Source: a virus
Length of the DNA stretch: 64,000 nt
Direction: 5' to 3' (one strand)
Virus record (IMG/VR): IMGVR_UViG_3300047496_000053
Coordinates: 7,305 to 71,304 of that record
The notes beneath the pieces were generated by a model. It was not told the origin of the DNA and searched no databases. It saw only the letters and a program-made list of their open reading frames with translations. Positions 8,266-16,991 of this stretch are shown here, one piece after another. A program made the position numbers and the translations under genes. Position 1 is the stretch's first letter. Each line of letters starts with the position of its first letter.

Positions 8266-8628
8266 TTATGCACACATCCTCGCCAATTGCAAGCGGCGCT
8301 TGCGCTTTTCGCGCGCTGCCATGTGCACGGTCGGGCCCCGTTGCTGCACACGGAAAGCTCGCGAGACCGCGCGCGCCACCAGCGCCAGGGTCGCCGCCTC
8401 TGGCCAGATCCGGAACACGTCGAACCAGCGCCAGCGCCGCTCCGCAATGTGCTGAGGCGGATTGATGCCGTAGGTGACGCCCCAGGTCTGATCGGGGTAG
8501 AAATACCAGTTGTTCCCGACGCATCCGGTCGTGTTGCAGTTCGTCGCCGTGATGGTGAAGGTCTGCGTGGTGCTGGTGCAGTTGCATGTCGGCCAGCACC
8601 GGCAAAGCGGCGTCGGGTAAGGGACCAT
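8266..8628 (-). CDS. Hypothetical protein with Cys/Thr-rich N terminus
   Basis: TAATG coupling to the upstream ORF; ends just before the terminator. Confidence 0.5.
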   Translation of the reverse strand: MVPYPTPLCRCWPTCNCTSTTQTFTITATNCNTTGCVGNNWYFYPDQTWGVTYGINPPQHIAERRWRWFDVFRIWPEAATLALVARAVSRAFRVQQRGPTVHMAAREKRKRRLQLARMCA

Positions 8629-8969
8629 TACGCGGCGAGCTTGAGCTTCGCTTCTTGGCCGGTGGCGCCATAGCGCTTGACCATCGCGCGGATGCGATCC
8701 CAATGGCCCGGCTTCAGGGCGTTCTGCGGATGCACCTTGGCTTCCATCTGGTCGATCGTCCTTCCCCTGATGAGCCCGAGCGCGATGTGGCTGAGCCGGG
8801 CTTCGTCCCGCACGATCCGCACCCTATGCAGGTGGATTTCTTCCCGTAGCGGGCCGCGCGTGCGCTTTTCCAAGCGCCGGATGATGCGCGCCTCGGCCGC
8901 TAGGCTGAGGCACTTGATCTTGAGCATTTCCCGACGATCGATGATCGTCAATCCGTCTTTGCTGAGCAT
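8628..8969 (-). CDS. Hypothetical basic phage protein
   Basis: GGAG RBS; LKIKCLSLAAEARIIRR...LHRVRIVRDEAR. Confidence 0.7.
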   Translation of the reverse strand: MLSKDGLTIIDRREMLKIKCLSLAAEARIIRRLEKRTRGPLREEIHLHRVRIVRDEARLSHIALGLIRGRTIDQMEAKVHPQNALKPGHWDRIRAMVKRYGATGQEAKLKLAA

Positions 8970-9069
8970 GTGATTCTCCGAGTAGGTGAGGTTGTCAAAC
9001 GGCCCCGCGGTGCTCGGGAGGATCGTGGTGGCTAGAGGATTCAACGCATGGCAAATGCTCCGGTATGGG

Positions 9070-9140
9070 TGGCGCGGTCGTCGGGATTCGAACCCGATGC
9101 GCTGAGGGATTGAAAGCCCGGCGCTCCCCGTGTCCACCGC
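9070..9140 (-). tRNA. Degenerate tRNA-like gene (loop CTTTCAA, Glu-like anticodon, reduced D arm)
   Basis: Perfect T arm TCGGG-TTCGAAT-CCCGA; 6/7-bp acceptor stem ending GCCA; poor D and anticodon stems. Confidence 0.5.
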
Positions 9141-9150
9141 GGACAGCGTA

Positions 9151-9179
9151 AAGCTACCCGTATGCCGTGAATGTGTCAA
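9151..9179 (-). promoter_or_regulatory. sigma70-type promoter for the tRNA-like gene
   Basis: TTGACA-17-TAGCTT; spacer contains a CATACGG variant of the box. Confidence 0.6.
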
Positions 9180-9236
9180 CTTTCATCGGCGCTATGTGCG
9201 GGAGCGAACTGTTACACCGCTGATCGACGATTAGCC

Positions 9237-9419
9237 TTGACGGAAGCGCGAATTTTGGGCAAATTCGTGGATCCGGGTCACCGCTGAACAGCGATAGGCG
9301 GATCCCACGAAGTACGAATTGGCTTGGGTCAGGGATTGCAGGGAATGGAAGCCGTGAGGCCCATCCCTGCCATTCGTACCGGGGCGCCCCCCTGCGGTTC
9401 CTGTCCCAAGCCGGAAAGG
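9237..9419 (+). promoter_or_regulatory. Promoter plus structured leader of the replication operon
   Basis: TTGACG-17-CAAATT, then inverted repeats 9264-9311, 9312-9379 and 9321-9412 ending at the GGAAAGG RBS. Confidence 0.5.
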
Positions 9420-9429
9420 TTTGCGCCGC

Positions 9430-10203
9430 ATGAGCTTTGCATTTCTGCCCTTCTACACGGGTGACTATCTCCGCGACACCCGCCACCTTAGCACGTCAAA
9501 GCACGGCATTTATTTGCTTTTGCTCATGCACTGTTGGGACCAGAAAGGCCCGATCCCGCTCGATGAGCAAGAGGCCGCTGGCATAGCCAATTGCCGGTCC
9601 ACCGACGAAATCGAAGCCCTTCGCTACATCCTCGGCAAGTATTTTGTGCGCTGCGAAGACGGTTGGTACAACGATCGGATGCAGCGCGAAGTCGACCGTG
9701 CCGACGCCATCAGCGGAGCCCGCCAATCGGCCGGGCGCGCGGGCGCCAATGCCCGGATGGCAAAGCTCCGGGAGCGCCAAGCAAATGCTCAGCAATTGCC
9801 AAGCAAAAGCTCAGCAAGTGTTCAACAAGTGACGCTACCCCCACCCCCACCCTTACCCTTACAACCAGAAATTCCACCCCATGAGCGGGAAGCCCCCCGC
9901 TCGATTGTCTATCCGCCCGGATTCTCCGAGTTCTGGAAGGCTTACCCCCGCAAGCAAGGGAAGGACAAGGCGTTCACGCAATGGAAGCGGCTGAGACCCG
10001 ACAGGGCAATGCTCGATGCCATGCTCGCCGCGCTCGTCGTCCAAAAAGCGTCCGTGGACTGGCGGAAGGACAATGGCGCCTTCATCCCCCACCCGTCGAC
10101 GTGGCTGAGCGGCGGCAGGTGGAAAGACGAACCGACGACGGGCGATGGCCTGTCGGTGACCGAGCGCGTGATGGCTCAGCTTGAGAAGGAGGGCTTCAAG
10201 TGA
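9430..10203 (+). CDS. Phage replication initiator (YdaU/DUF1376-like)
   Basis: FYTGDYLRDTRHLS...HGIYLLLL N terminus; C-terminal FWKAYPRK...FIPHPSTWL...RWKDE. Confidence 0.8.
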   Translation: MSFAFLPFYTGDYLRDTRHLSTSKHGIYLLLLMHCWDQKGPIPLDEQEAAGIANCRSTDEIEALRYILGKYFVRCEDGWYNDRMQREVDRADAISGARQSAGRAGANARMAKLRERQANAQQLPSKSSASVQQVTLPPPPPLPLQPEIPPHEREAPRSIVYPPGFSEFWKAYPRKQGKDKAFTQWKRLRPDRAMLDAMLAALVVQKASVDWRKDNGAFIPHPSTWLSGGRWKDEPTTGDGLSVTERVMAQLEKEGFK

Positions 10204-10775
10204 ACAAAATCGATCTTCCGACGTTCGAAACCCGGCTCAACGAACTGGCCGAGGCTGTAGGGGCCAAGCCGCTCGGCGCCGCGGGGCTCGCGCTCTGGTT
10301 CCGGATCCTGTCCCCGCATTCGATCGAGTGGGTTGTCGATTGCCTGGACTCGTGGGCCCGGCACAAGACGAAGTTCCCGGCCCCGGCTGAAATCGCAACC
10401 ATGTGCAGCGCGCGCGAGTCGGAACGGCTCGAACATCGCGCGCAGGAAGCGAAGAAGTCATTCGCGCACGGGGCCGAGGCGATCGCCAAGAGCACGCCGT
10501 CGGAGGGATGGAAGGCGCTCGGCGATTGCAGGGCCATCCTCGCGCAAGACGCCGGGGTGCCGAACGCATTTGATCCCACTGTGCGGGTCAAGTTGCCCGA
10601 TCCGAAGCGGTGGGCGCACGCGCTCATTGCCAAAGCGCGCGGCGGCGAAAAGCTGTCCGTGATTCAGATCAACGCAGCGTGCGAAGCGCTAGGCATAGAT
10701 CCGGAAACCATCCTTGAGGATCCCGAATTGGCGGCAGAGCGCGCCGCGATTCAAGCCGAAGCGACGCAGGCATAG
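10200..10775 (+). CDS. Putative replication accessory or helicase-loader-like protein
   Basis: Coupled to the initiator; KFPAPAEI motif. Confidence 0.5.
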   Translation: MNKIDLPTFETRLNELAEAVGAKPLGAAGLALWFRILSPHSIEWVVDCLDSWARHKTKFPAPAEIATMCSARESERLEHRAQEAKKSFAHGAEAIAKSTPSEGWKALGDCRAILAQDAGVPNAFDPTVRVKLPDPKRWAHALIAKARGGEKLSVIQINAACEALGIDPETILEDPELAAERAAIQAEATQA

Positions 10776-10821
10776 ACACGGGAATTTCGATGGTGTATCT
10801 TAAACCGTACGGTGCTTTGCG

Positions 10822-11031
10822 ATGACCGTGAACGACAACTATCCCGACAAGAAGCGGTGGCCTAGCGTGACCAACGGCAACGATCGAGCGATCTTGGCAT
10901 TGCAGGAAATGGGCAAGGAAACCGGCAAGGAGCCGATATTCCGCGACGTGCATTCCCAATGGATCGACACGAAGCCGACCGGCGACCGATGGAAGTACAA
11001 GGGGACGATTTGGGAGTGTGGGCGCCCATGA
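10822..11031 (+). CDS. Hypothetical protein
   Basis: 69-aa ORF overlapping the next start (ATGA). Confidence 0.4.
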   Translation: MTVNDNYPDKKRWPSVTNGNDRAILALQEMGKETGKEPIFRDVHSQWIDTKPTGDRWKYKGTIWECGRP

Positions 11032-11276
11032 ACATGAGGCAAGGCGGCCCAGCTTTTCCCATTCAGCCGTTGGCTGGTGACGAGACTCGGTACTCCGGGA
11101 TGACCCTGCTCGATTACTTCGCCGGGCTTGCGATGCAAGGATGGCTTTGCAGCTACGGACCGGACACGCCGCATCCGTCGGACAGCGAAACACTGGCGTT
11201 AGTGGCACGAAATTCGTACGACATCGCGATCGCAATGGTCGCTCGCAAGCAACTTATCGAGGGCTCCGATGGATGA
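11028..11276 (+). CDS. Conserved small phage protein
   Basis: GGPAFP...GMTLLDYFAGLAMQG motif. Confidence 0.7.
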   Translation: MNMRQGGPAFPIQPLAGDETRYSGMTLLDYFAGLAMQGWLCSYGPDTPHPSDSETLALVARNSYDIAIAMVARKQLIEGSDG

Positions 11277-11475
11277 TCCGTTTCCAATCACCGACGAAGA
11301 ATGGCGCAAATACGCGGTACGGTTGGCGGTCGCCGCGCAAAACAAGGTTATGCCCGATGGCCCGGCGTTGACATTCGAGGAACTGAACTCGCAATTTGAT
11401 GACCAGGAACGCGACGTTCTGGTCGAGTTCGTCAAGATCGTGCGCGAAGACATGCGGGAGCGCCAGTGTGGCTAA
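11269..11475 (+). CDS. Hypothetical protein
   Basis: Tightly packed ORF in the operon. Confidence 0.5.
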   Translation: MDDPFPITDEEWRKYAVRLAVAAQNKVMPDGPALTFEELNSQFDDQERDVLVEFVKIVREDMRERQCG

Positions 11476-11986
11476 GCTGGCCCTCTTCCGCACGGACCAG
11501 GAAATGCCGAGCGCGGTGTCGCTCGATGCTGCGCGCCAGTTGGTCTTTGGCATCGTCGACGGCGCGACGAAGGAAGACAAGCGCGCGTGGCGCCGGTTCT
11601 GGAAACGGATCATGGGCCTGGACGTGGGCGAACTCATCTACTTCGAGACCGTGTTCCCACGGCACGGCAAGTTTCACCGGCTTCACATGGCCCTTGAGAG
11701 CGCGGTGTTCAACGGACAGGAAAAATTCCACGACTTCGACCAGTTCCGCAACTGGCTCAAGATCGGCGCCGGTTGGGTGACATGGGCCGTTGGCCCAAAA
11801 GGCGGCGTGGTGCCACTGCCGAACAGCATCAGCTACGCCGCGGCCGACGAGGAAATGTTCCAGCGGTATCACGCCAAGGTCGTCGAGTTCTTGCGCGGCC
11901 CGCACGCGGCGCCCTACCTCTGGAAGCACCTGAAGGGGAATGAAGCCTTCGAAATGATGGAAACGCTGATCGGGGATTTCGAATGA
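11468..11986 (+). CDS. DUF1367-like protein
   Basis: PRHGKFHRL, FDQFRNWLKIGAGW, PNSISYA motifs. Confidence 0.7.
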   Translation: MAKLALFRTDQEMPSAVSLDAARQLVFGIVDGATKEDKRAWRRFWKRIMGLDVGELIYFETVFPRHGKFHRLHMALESAVFNGQEKFHDFDQFRNWLKIGAGWVTWAVGPKGGVVPLPNSISYAAADEEMFQRYHAKVVEFLRGPHAAPYLWKHLKGNEAFEMMETLIGDFE

Positions 11987-12288
11987 ACCTGCACACCGAG
12001 GCGCACGCGCGCAGCACCGACCCGCACACCAGTCGTGAGGCCGCTGAAGCGGTCCGGGCGACCAGCATGGAAGACGCCGTGCTCAAGACTCTGGCCAAAT
12101 TTCCCGAGGGCGCCACGGCAATCGAAATCGCCTATCGGATGCGGACGCCGCGGGACAACGTGTCGCCGCGCATGAAGCCTTTGGTGAAGAAAGGATTCGT
12201 GCGGGACTCGGGTCGCGTCAAGCGCGGCGACAGCGGTCGCAACCTGATCGTGTGGGAAATCTTTCCGGCTCGGCAGAGCCTCATCTGA
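11983..12288 (+). CDS. Winged-helix DNA-binding protein
   Basis: ARSTDPHTSREAA N terminus, GATAIEIA...VSPRMKPL...SGR. Confidence 0.65.
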   Translation: MNLHTEAHARSTDPHTSREAAEAVRATSMEDAVLKTLAKFPEGATAIEIAYRMRTPRDNVSPRMKPLVKKGFVRDSGRVKRGDSGRNLIVWEIFPARQSLI

Positions 12289-12300
12289 AGGGGGAAGAAA

Positions 12301-12654
12301 ATGAAGACAATGGGATTTCGCGTCACCGAGCCGGTGTCGTACGGATCCAAAGAACTTGAGGTCAAGGTTTTCCAGACGGAAATGCCGACCCAAGAAGCGC
12401 AGTTCGCAATGGCGCTCATCGAGCGGTGGGGCATGGTCATGGGAATGCCCGATGGGGAAGACAGCGCCGGGCGCACGCGGCTCAAGCTCATGACCCCGAG
12501 CCAACTGGTCGATCGCGCTTTCCAAGTGGCCAGCGAGGCGTACATCGTGGCCCGGCAGCGCGGCCTGATGGTTGAATTGCCCGATCTGAATCAGATCAAC
12601 GCGGAAAACGACGCGCGGATCGAATTGAAGCGCAGGGAAAAGGCCGAAGCGTAA
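12301..12654 (+). CDS. Conserved hypothetical phage protein
   Basis: RBS; ERWGMV.GMPDGEDSAGR motif. Confidence 0.65.
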   Translation: MKTMGFRVTEPVSYGSKELEVKVFQTEMPTQEAQFAMALIERWGMVMGMPDGEDSAGRTRLKLMTPSQLVDRAFQVASEAYIVARQRGLMVELPDLNQINAENDARIELKRREKAEA

Positions 12655-12679
12655 TTTTTCAACCGAAGGGAGTTTTTAC

Positions 12680-12814
12680 ATGGAAGCATTTCTGATTGGA
12701 CTGGCCGTTGGCCTTGTCGTCGGCGCGATCGGCGGCATCATCTACGCCAAGAAGCACCCGAGCGTCGCGGCCCAGGTCGCGGCAGATGTCACCAAAGCGC
12801 AGGCGAAGCTGTAA
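12680..12814 (+). CDS. Small membrane protein (44 aa)
   Basis: GGGAG RBS; MEAFLIGLAVGLVVGAIGGIIYAKK; TAATG overlap. Confidence 0.6.
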   Translation: MEAFLIGLAVGLVVGAIGGIIYAKKHPSVAAQVAADVTKAQAKL

Positions 12815-13134
12815 TGCGGCCCTTCACGCAGATGGTCGCCGAGCTTCGCCGCGGCAGGACCGGCGACGAACTCACCGAGGCGATGCAGGCCCTCGTGCAC
12901 GCCTGCAAGGAGACCGGCAAGACCGGCGCGCTCACTTTGGTTATCAAGGTGACGCCGGGCAAATCCGGTCAGGTAGAAATCACCGACGCCATCAAGACCA
13001 ATTTGCCGGTCTTCTCGCGCGAATCGAGTCTGTTCTTCGTCACCGACGACGGCGATCTGTCTCGCAAGGATCCGCGCCAGGAAGAGCTTCCGGGTCTGCG
13101 CGGCGTCGAAGACGAAACGCGCAAGAGCGCATAA
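12814..13134 (+). CDS. Conserved protein typically found upstream of DUF2303
   Basis: TGKTGALTL...LFFVTDDGDLSRKDPRQ. Confidence 0.7.
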   Translation: MRPFTQMVAELRRGRTGDELTEAMQALVHACKETGKTGALTLVIKVTPGKSGQVEITDAIKTNLPVFSRESSLFFVTDDGDLSRKDPRQEELPGLRGVEDETRKSA

Positions 13135-13143
13135 GGGGAAGTC

Positions 13144-14019
13144 ATGGGGGAAGACCAAAACACGAAGGCGCTGATCGACTTCATCACGTCGCGCACCGGG
13201 CTCGCGAGCATCGGCCCGACCGCGGTGTCGATCCTGCCCAAAGACTATGCCGTTCAGAGTCTGGAGCATCTGAACGCCACGCCGCTGCGCCCGCGCGGCA
13301 ATCCGGCGTTCGATGATGTCGACTCATTCACCAGCTTTTTCAAGCGCAAGGCCGCGTCCGCGGCGCGCGCCACCGTAGGCATCGACGCGGACGGCAACCC
13401 GATCCGCGGCCCGGCCGAAGATTCACCTGAGAGCCAACCGCCGTTCCTCGTTTTCTTCCAGGAAGAGCGCTCGCTGTTCACGGCCATTTTCGATCCGGAC
13501 GGCTGGCGGCATGACATCGCCACCTTCACGCTCAAGCATTCGCCCGAGTGGCAACGCTGGATCAAGACGAACGCGACGCCGCTCGATCAACTGCGCTTTG
13601 CGACCTTCCTCGAAGACAATGCGCGCGACATTGTGGATCCGGAAGCGGCCCACATGCTCGAAATCGCTTATAAGCTGGAAGCGAAGAAATCCGTCGACTT
13701 CGTGTCCGGTATGCGGCTTTCTGACGGATCGACCGAGTTCACCTACAACGAGACCACGACGTCCAAGGGGAAGATGGAAATCCCCACGACGTTCGCGGTG
13801 AACATCCCGGTCTTCGCGCACACGGTCGGTACGCTGGTCACTGCAAAGTTCCGTTACAGAATTCAGGACGGCGGCAAGCTCAACCTCTGGTATGACCTTG
13901 ACAGGCCCGACATTGTTGCGGAGGATGCGAAGGATGCGATGGTCGCGCTGGTAGCCGAACGGCTCGGCGTGCCGATCCTTCGAGGCAACGCCGGGGAACC
14001 TGTCGAGAAATGGCTTTAA
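13144..14019 (+). CDS. DUF2303 (YfdQ-like) protein
   Basis: SPEWQRW...QLRFATFLEDN...IPVF...FRYR. Confidence 0.75.
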   Translation: MGEDQNTKALIDFITSRTGLASIGPTAVSILPKDYAVQSLEHLNATPLRPRGNPAFDDVDSFTSFFKRKAASAARATVGIDADGNPIRGPAEDSPESQPPFLVFFQEERSLFTAIFDPDGWRHDIATFTLKHSPEWQRWIKTNATPLDQLRFATFLEDNARDIVDPEAAHMLEIAYKLEAKKSVDFVSGMRLSDGSTEFTYNETTTSKGKMEIPTTFAVNIPVFAHTVGTLVTAKFRYRIQDGGKLNLWYDLDRPDIVAEDAKDAMVALVAERLGVPILRGNAGEPVEKWL

Positions 14020-14357
14020 CGCAACATCGGTCCTACCCGAAACAGACGGCGCTGCGCAACGAAGACTTGCGCCGCGCCGTTTCCTTATTGCCTTGCGTTC
14101 TTTGCGGAATCTGCGGCTACACCCAAGCGGCCCACATCGGCGGTCTCGAAGCCGGGAAGGGAATCGGCCTCAAGGTCTCGGACAGCCACATCGGAGCGCT
14201 CTGCACCTTGCACCCGGGTCCGGGCGGCAAGCTGGTCCAGGGATGCCACGAGAAATTTGACCAGCACAAGCTAGGCCCCGGTCTCGAAGCGACGATCGTC
14301 ATGCGGACTTACATCGGCCTCATGGAAAAAGGTCTGTTGAAAGTCGTGCTGCCGTGA
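14010..14357 (+). CDS. Zn-binding HNH/Ref-like nuclease-family protein
   Basis: LPCVLCG...QAAH...KGIGLKVSD...LC...CH. Confidence 0.6.
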   Translation: MALTQHRSYPKQTALRNEDLRRAVSLLPCVLCGICGYTQAAHIGGLEAGKGIGLKVSDSHIGALCTLHPGPGGKLVQGCHEKFDQHKLGPGLEATIVMRTYIGLMEKGLLKVVLP

Positions 14358-14644
14358 GAGCCTACCGAGCCAGCAAAATCGACGCCAATCAACCGGCCAT
14401 CGTAGAGGCCCTTGAGCGCGTCGGCGCGCTGGTCTGGTACATAGAGAAGCCCTTCGACCTTCTCGTGCGCTACGGGCGCGCGTGGCACGTCCTTGAAGTC
14501 AAAAACAAGCTCGGCAAAAACCAGCACACTCCGCAACAAATAATCGACATGAAGCGCCTCGCGGCCTCCGAAGGGGTGCAAAATGCGGTCCGGACGGTGT
14601 ATACGCCGGAAGACGCCTTGCGGGCGGTGGGTGCTACCAAATGA
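14354..14644 (+). CDS. VRR-NUC/PD-(D/E)XK-like endonuclease
   Basis: DANQPAIVEAL...FDLLV...LEVK. Confidence 0.7.
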   Translation: MRAYRASKIDANQPAIVEALERVGALVWYIEKPFDLLVRYGRAWHVLEVKNKLGKNQHTPQQIIDMKRLAASEGVQNAVRTVYTPEDALRAVGATK

Positions 14645-14970
14645 GCGCGCTGCCCCAGGATGAGTACGGTGACCCGCTCGAAATCCTAATTCGACGCGAG
14701 GCCAGATCATGCAAGGGGTGTCAGCATTCCATAGCGGTCTTGACTATCAAAATTTGCTCGCTCAGGCGCAAGCACGGGCGGCGCTGCAAAGATTTCAGGA
14801 ACCGCTCTTCTCCGATGTCCGAGCCGCCCTCATGTTCAGCTTCCACATGGACGAACGTGAAATTCTCGCCTTCCCGCAGTGCTACGCCGGTAATCCCACC
14901 TACGGATGCCGGGTCGCGCTTACAGCATACGAATGGCACGCTCAGGCTGCGCTCATCCGCGAAGACATAG
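14641..14970 (+). CDS. Small Cys-rich protein, 3' end uncertain
   Basis: YGDPLEIL...CKGC...C...HGRRC; the C-terminal half overlaps the next ORF. Confidence 0.45.
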   Translation: MSALPQDEYGDPLEILIRREARSCKGCQHSIAVLTIKICSLRRKHGRRCKDFRNRSSPMSEPPSCSASTWTNVKFSPSRSATPVIPPTDAGSRLQHTNGTLRLRSSAKT

Positions 14971-15293
14971 CTAAAAATTTCCGGGATCTGGAGCTTGCCC
15001 TTGTGCTGGCTGACTACGGCGCCGGGCGCTACCGGGTGGCCGGTGCTCAGCAGTTCGCCGAGGAATTCGCCCGGCGCTCCGACAAGCCGTACGTGACGAA
15101 GCAAGGGGTGTTGCGTCACTTCGGGCTATCGGACAAGCAAGTCGAAGTGATCGCGCGCACGGCGGCGGTGCCAAAGCGCACCGTGGAACGAATCCTCGCG
15201 GACCTCCGGATGCACATCGGGCAGATGCAGGACAACATCCAGCCCCGGCTGGATCTTCTCTTCGTCGCTACGGGACTCTGCGAACGGCTCTAG
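14709..15293 (+). CDS. Putative late-gene regulator, antiterminator-like; start uncertain
   Basis: Last gene of the replication operon; C-terminal HTH-like IARTAAVPKRTVER. Confidence 0.4.
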   Translation: MQGVSAFHSGLDYQNLLAQAQARAALQRFQEPLFSDVRAALMFSFHMDEREILAFPQCYAGNPTYGCRVALTAYEWHAQAALIREDIAKNFRDLELALVLADYGAGRYRVAGAQQFAEEFARRSDKPYVTKQGVLRHFGLSDKQVEVIARTAAVPKRTVERILADLRMHIGQMQDNIQPRLDLLFVATGLCERL

Positions 15294-15478
15294 GCCGGAA
15301 GGTCGACGATCGGGATGTCGCGCCACTCCGACGCGGTAAATGATTCGCCGTTTTGATTCTTGCCGTAAGAGTGAAAAAGCCCCTGCAACACCACTTCGGT
15401 CCGACCGTCGACGAGGCGCCGCGCTAGGCGATATTCCTTGGGCGTGGTCGATCCAAGCGTGTAGGGCATGTTCATCAT
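15290..15478 (-). CDS. Hypothetical protein
   Basis: Coupled ORF ending EWRDIPIV. Confidence 0.5.
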   Translation of the reverse strand: MMNMPYTLGSTTPKEYRLARRLVDGRTEVVLQGLFHSYGKNQNGESFTASEWRDIPIVDLPA

Positions 15479-15981
15479 GACGACGGCCCAAGCGGTCCGT
15501 GGATGAACTTGTCGAGAATGACTTGCATCTGGTCGACGCTCGTGAAGCGGCCGGTAACCATCTGCGATCGTTTGACCGGCGAGAAAGCCTTGAACGGCGT
15601 CAGTTCGAGCATCCATTCATCGTTGTCGTCCCCCATCGAGTAGAGCGACGCCCGAAGCTGGAATAGTTCGTTGTCCATCACCATCATGGGGTGGCGCTGC
15701 GTCATAGCCGGGTTGAGCATATCGACCACGATGCCCTTGTAGTGCCCCTTGCACTTGACCCATGGCCCGGTCGGGTGCTCGTCAGCATTGGCATACTCGT
15801 TGAGCGCGGTGATCGCCTGCGCCTCGTGCTCGTAGCAGTATCGCCGCTGGTAGCCGATGGGTGTCATGCCGACGAAGAGGCCATAGGTGTATGCCATCTG
15901 CATGATGGCGCACACCGTTCCATCGGGCAAGGTCTTGAGGTTGGTGTAATCCTCGGGGATAGCTGGCGGGTTGTCGTTCAT
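15475..15981 (-). CDS. Hypothetical protein
   Basis: 168 aa, ATGA-coupled; YQRRYCYE, HPTGPWVKCKG. Confidence 0.65.
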   Translation of the reverse strand: MNDNPPAIPEDYTNLKTLPDGTVCAIMQMAYTYGLFVGMTPIGYQRRYCYEHEAQAITALNEYANADEHPTGPWVKCKGHYKGIVVDMLNPAMTQRHPMMVMDNELFQLRASLYSMGDDNDEWMLELTPFKAFSPVKRSQMVTGRFTSVDQMQVILDKFIHGPLGPSS

Positions 15982-16277
15982 GCCTCGGCTTCCTCTTCAA
16001 CGTCGACCGGCTCGGCCTCCGGATCGATTCGCTTGAGCCACTTGTCTTTCACGCAGGCGTACGTCGAATCGGTAAAGCTGCCCAAGCTCGTCGGCGATCG
16101 AATCGGCCCATGGAGCGACTTCACGATCCAGTACGCATCGCCGCTCGTGTTCCGGAGCAAGATGTCTCCAAGTGGCGTAGGGTTGAGACCGTTGCACGCC
16201 TGATACACCACTTCGACCAGCCACCCCTGCATCGAAGGATGAACGATCTTCGCAAAATCCCCGGCTTTGACGTTCAT
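15978..16277 (-). CDS. Hypothetical protein
   Basis: MNVKAGDFA...DKWLKRI. Confidence 0.6.
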   Translation of the reverse strand: MNVKAGDFAKIVHPSMQGWLVEVVYQACNGLNPTPLGDILLRNTSGDAYWIVKSLHGPIRSPTSLGSFTDSTYACVKDKWLKRIDPEAEPVDVEEEAEA

Positions 16278-16280
16278 GGC

Positions 16281-16487
16281 CTACTTCGCTTTCGGCGCTT
16301 TCTTGAGCACCACTTCATAGCCCAAGCTCTTCGCAATGGCTTGGATCGTCGCAAATTTGCATTTGGACGTGTCATTGTTCAGGAACCCGTGCAGCGTCAT
16401 TTTCCCCACGCCCGTTCGGTCGGAGAGTTCCCTGTAGGACTCACCGAAGCCTTGGAGCTTTTCGACAAGTTGTGTTGCGGCGTCCAT
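16281..16487 (-). CDS. XRE-type HTH regulator (putative repressor)
   Basis: SYRELSDRTGVGKMTLHGF...FATIQAIAKSLG; divergent from the first early promoter. Confidence 0.75.
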   Translation of the reverse strand: MDAATQLVEKLQGFGESYRELSDRTGVGKMTLHGFLNNDTSKCKFATIQAIAKSLGYEVVLKKAPKAK

Positions 16488-16517
16488 TTTCAGTACCCCT
16501 TTTTTACCAACATCACA

Positions 16518-16546
16518 AATCTACAGCACCCGCAAATTATCGTCAA
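16518..16546 (-). promoter_or_regulatory. Promoter of the HTH gene
   Basis: TTGACG-17-TAGATT; CATACGG box just upstream. Confidence 0.6.
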
Positions 16547-16565
16547 GCGCACCGTATGCTACCCC

Positions 16566-16594
16566 TTGACAAGTCGTACGGACCAGCGTACAGT
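16566..16594 (+). promoter_or_regulatory. Early promoter 1 with CGTACGG box
   Basis: TTGACA-AGTCGTACGGACCAGCG-TACAGT. Confidence 0.8.
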
Positions 16595-16624
16595 GGTGAT
16601 GTTGGTTCTTTCAAGGAGTTTGAA

Positions 16625-16990
16625 ATGCTTGCCTTCGCTGTTTTCCTCGTGCTCTACGTCCCGTTCGTCTATGGGGTTTTGGCTCTTGAGCCGATCCCCG
16701 TTCAGGCGGGGGGGGCCCTTCCCCGGTCCCCAGGCGGGGTACTAGCCATGGGCCGCATCTTGACAGTCAGGGACGCCCGGCGCGAGAAGGCCGAGGCTGA
16801 CGAGGCGCTGTTCCGGCGCCACCCGGCTCCGGTGAACACTCTGCGGCAGGCTTGCGAACAGGCCGCAGCGATCGATCCGGCGATCGGCGTCCTGATGCGG
16901 CCGAGCGGTCCGGTTTTCTACGTGTTTATCGGACAGCGGTACGTCGAAGGCGATCTTGCCCAGGTGGCCGCGGCCCTCAATGGAGAATGA
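16625..16990 (+). CDS. Hypothetical early protein
   Basis: AAGGAG RBS; possible internal start at 16748. Confidence 0.5.
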   Translation: MLAFAVFLVLYVPFVYGVLALEPIPVQAGGALPRSPGGVLAMGRILTVRDARREKAEADEALFRRHPAPVNTLRQACEQAAAIDPAIGVLMRPSGPVFYVFIGQRYVEGDLAQVAAALNGE

Positions 16991-16991
16991 C

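Noticed and set aside
9070-9105. tRNA 3' half as an attP/attR prophage boundary
   Set aside because: Phage genes lie on both sides, there is no integrase or second copy in the window, and the element has its own promoter. This cannot be fully excluded without the rest of the genome.
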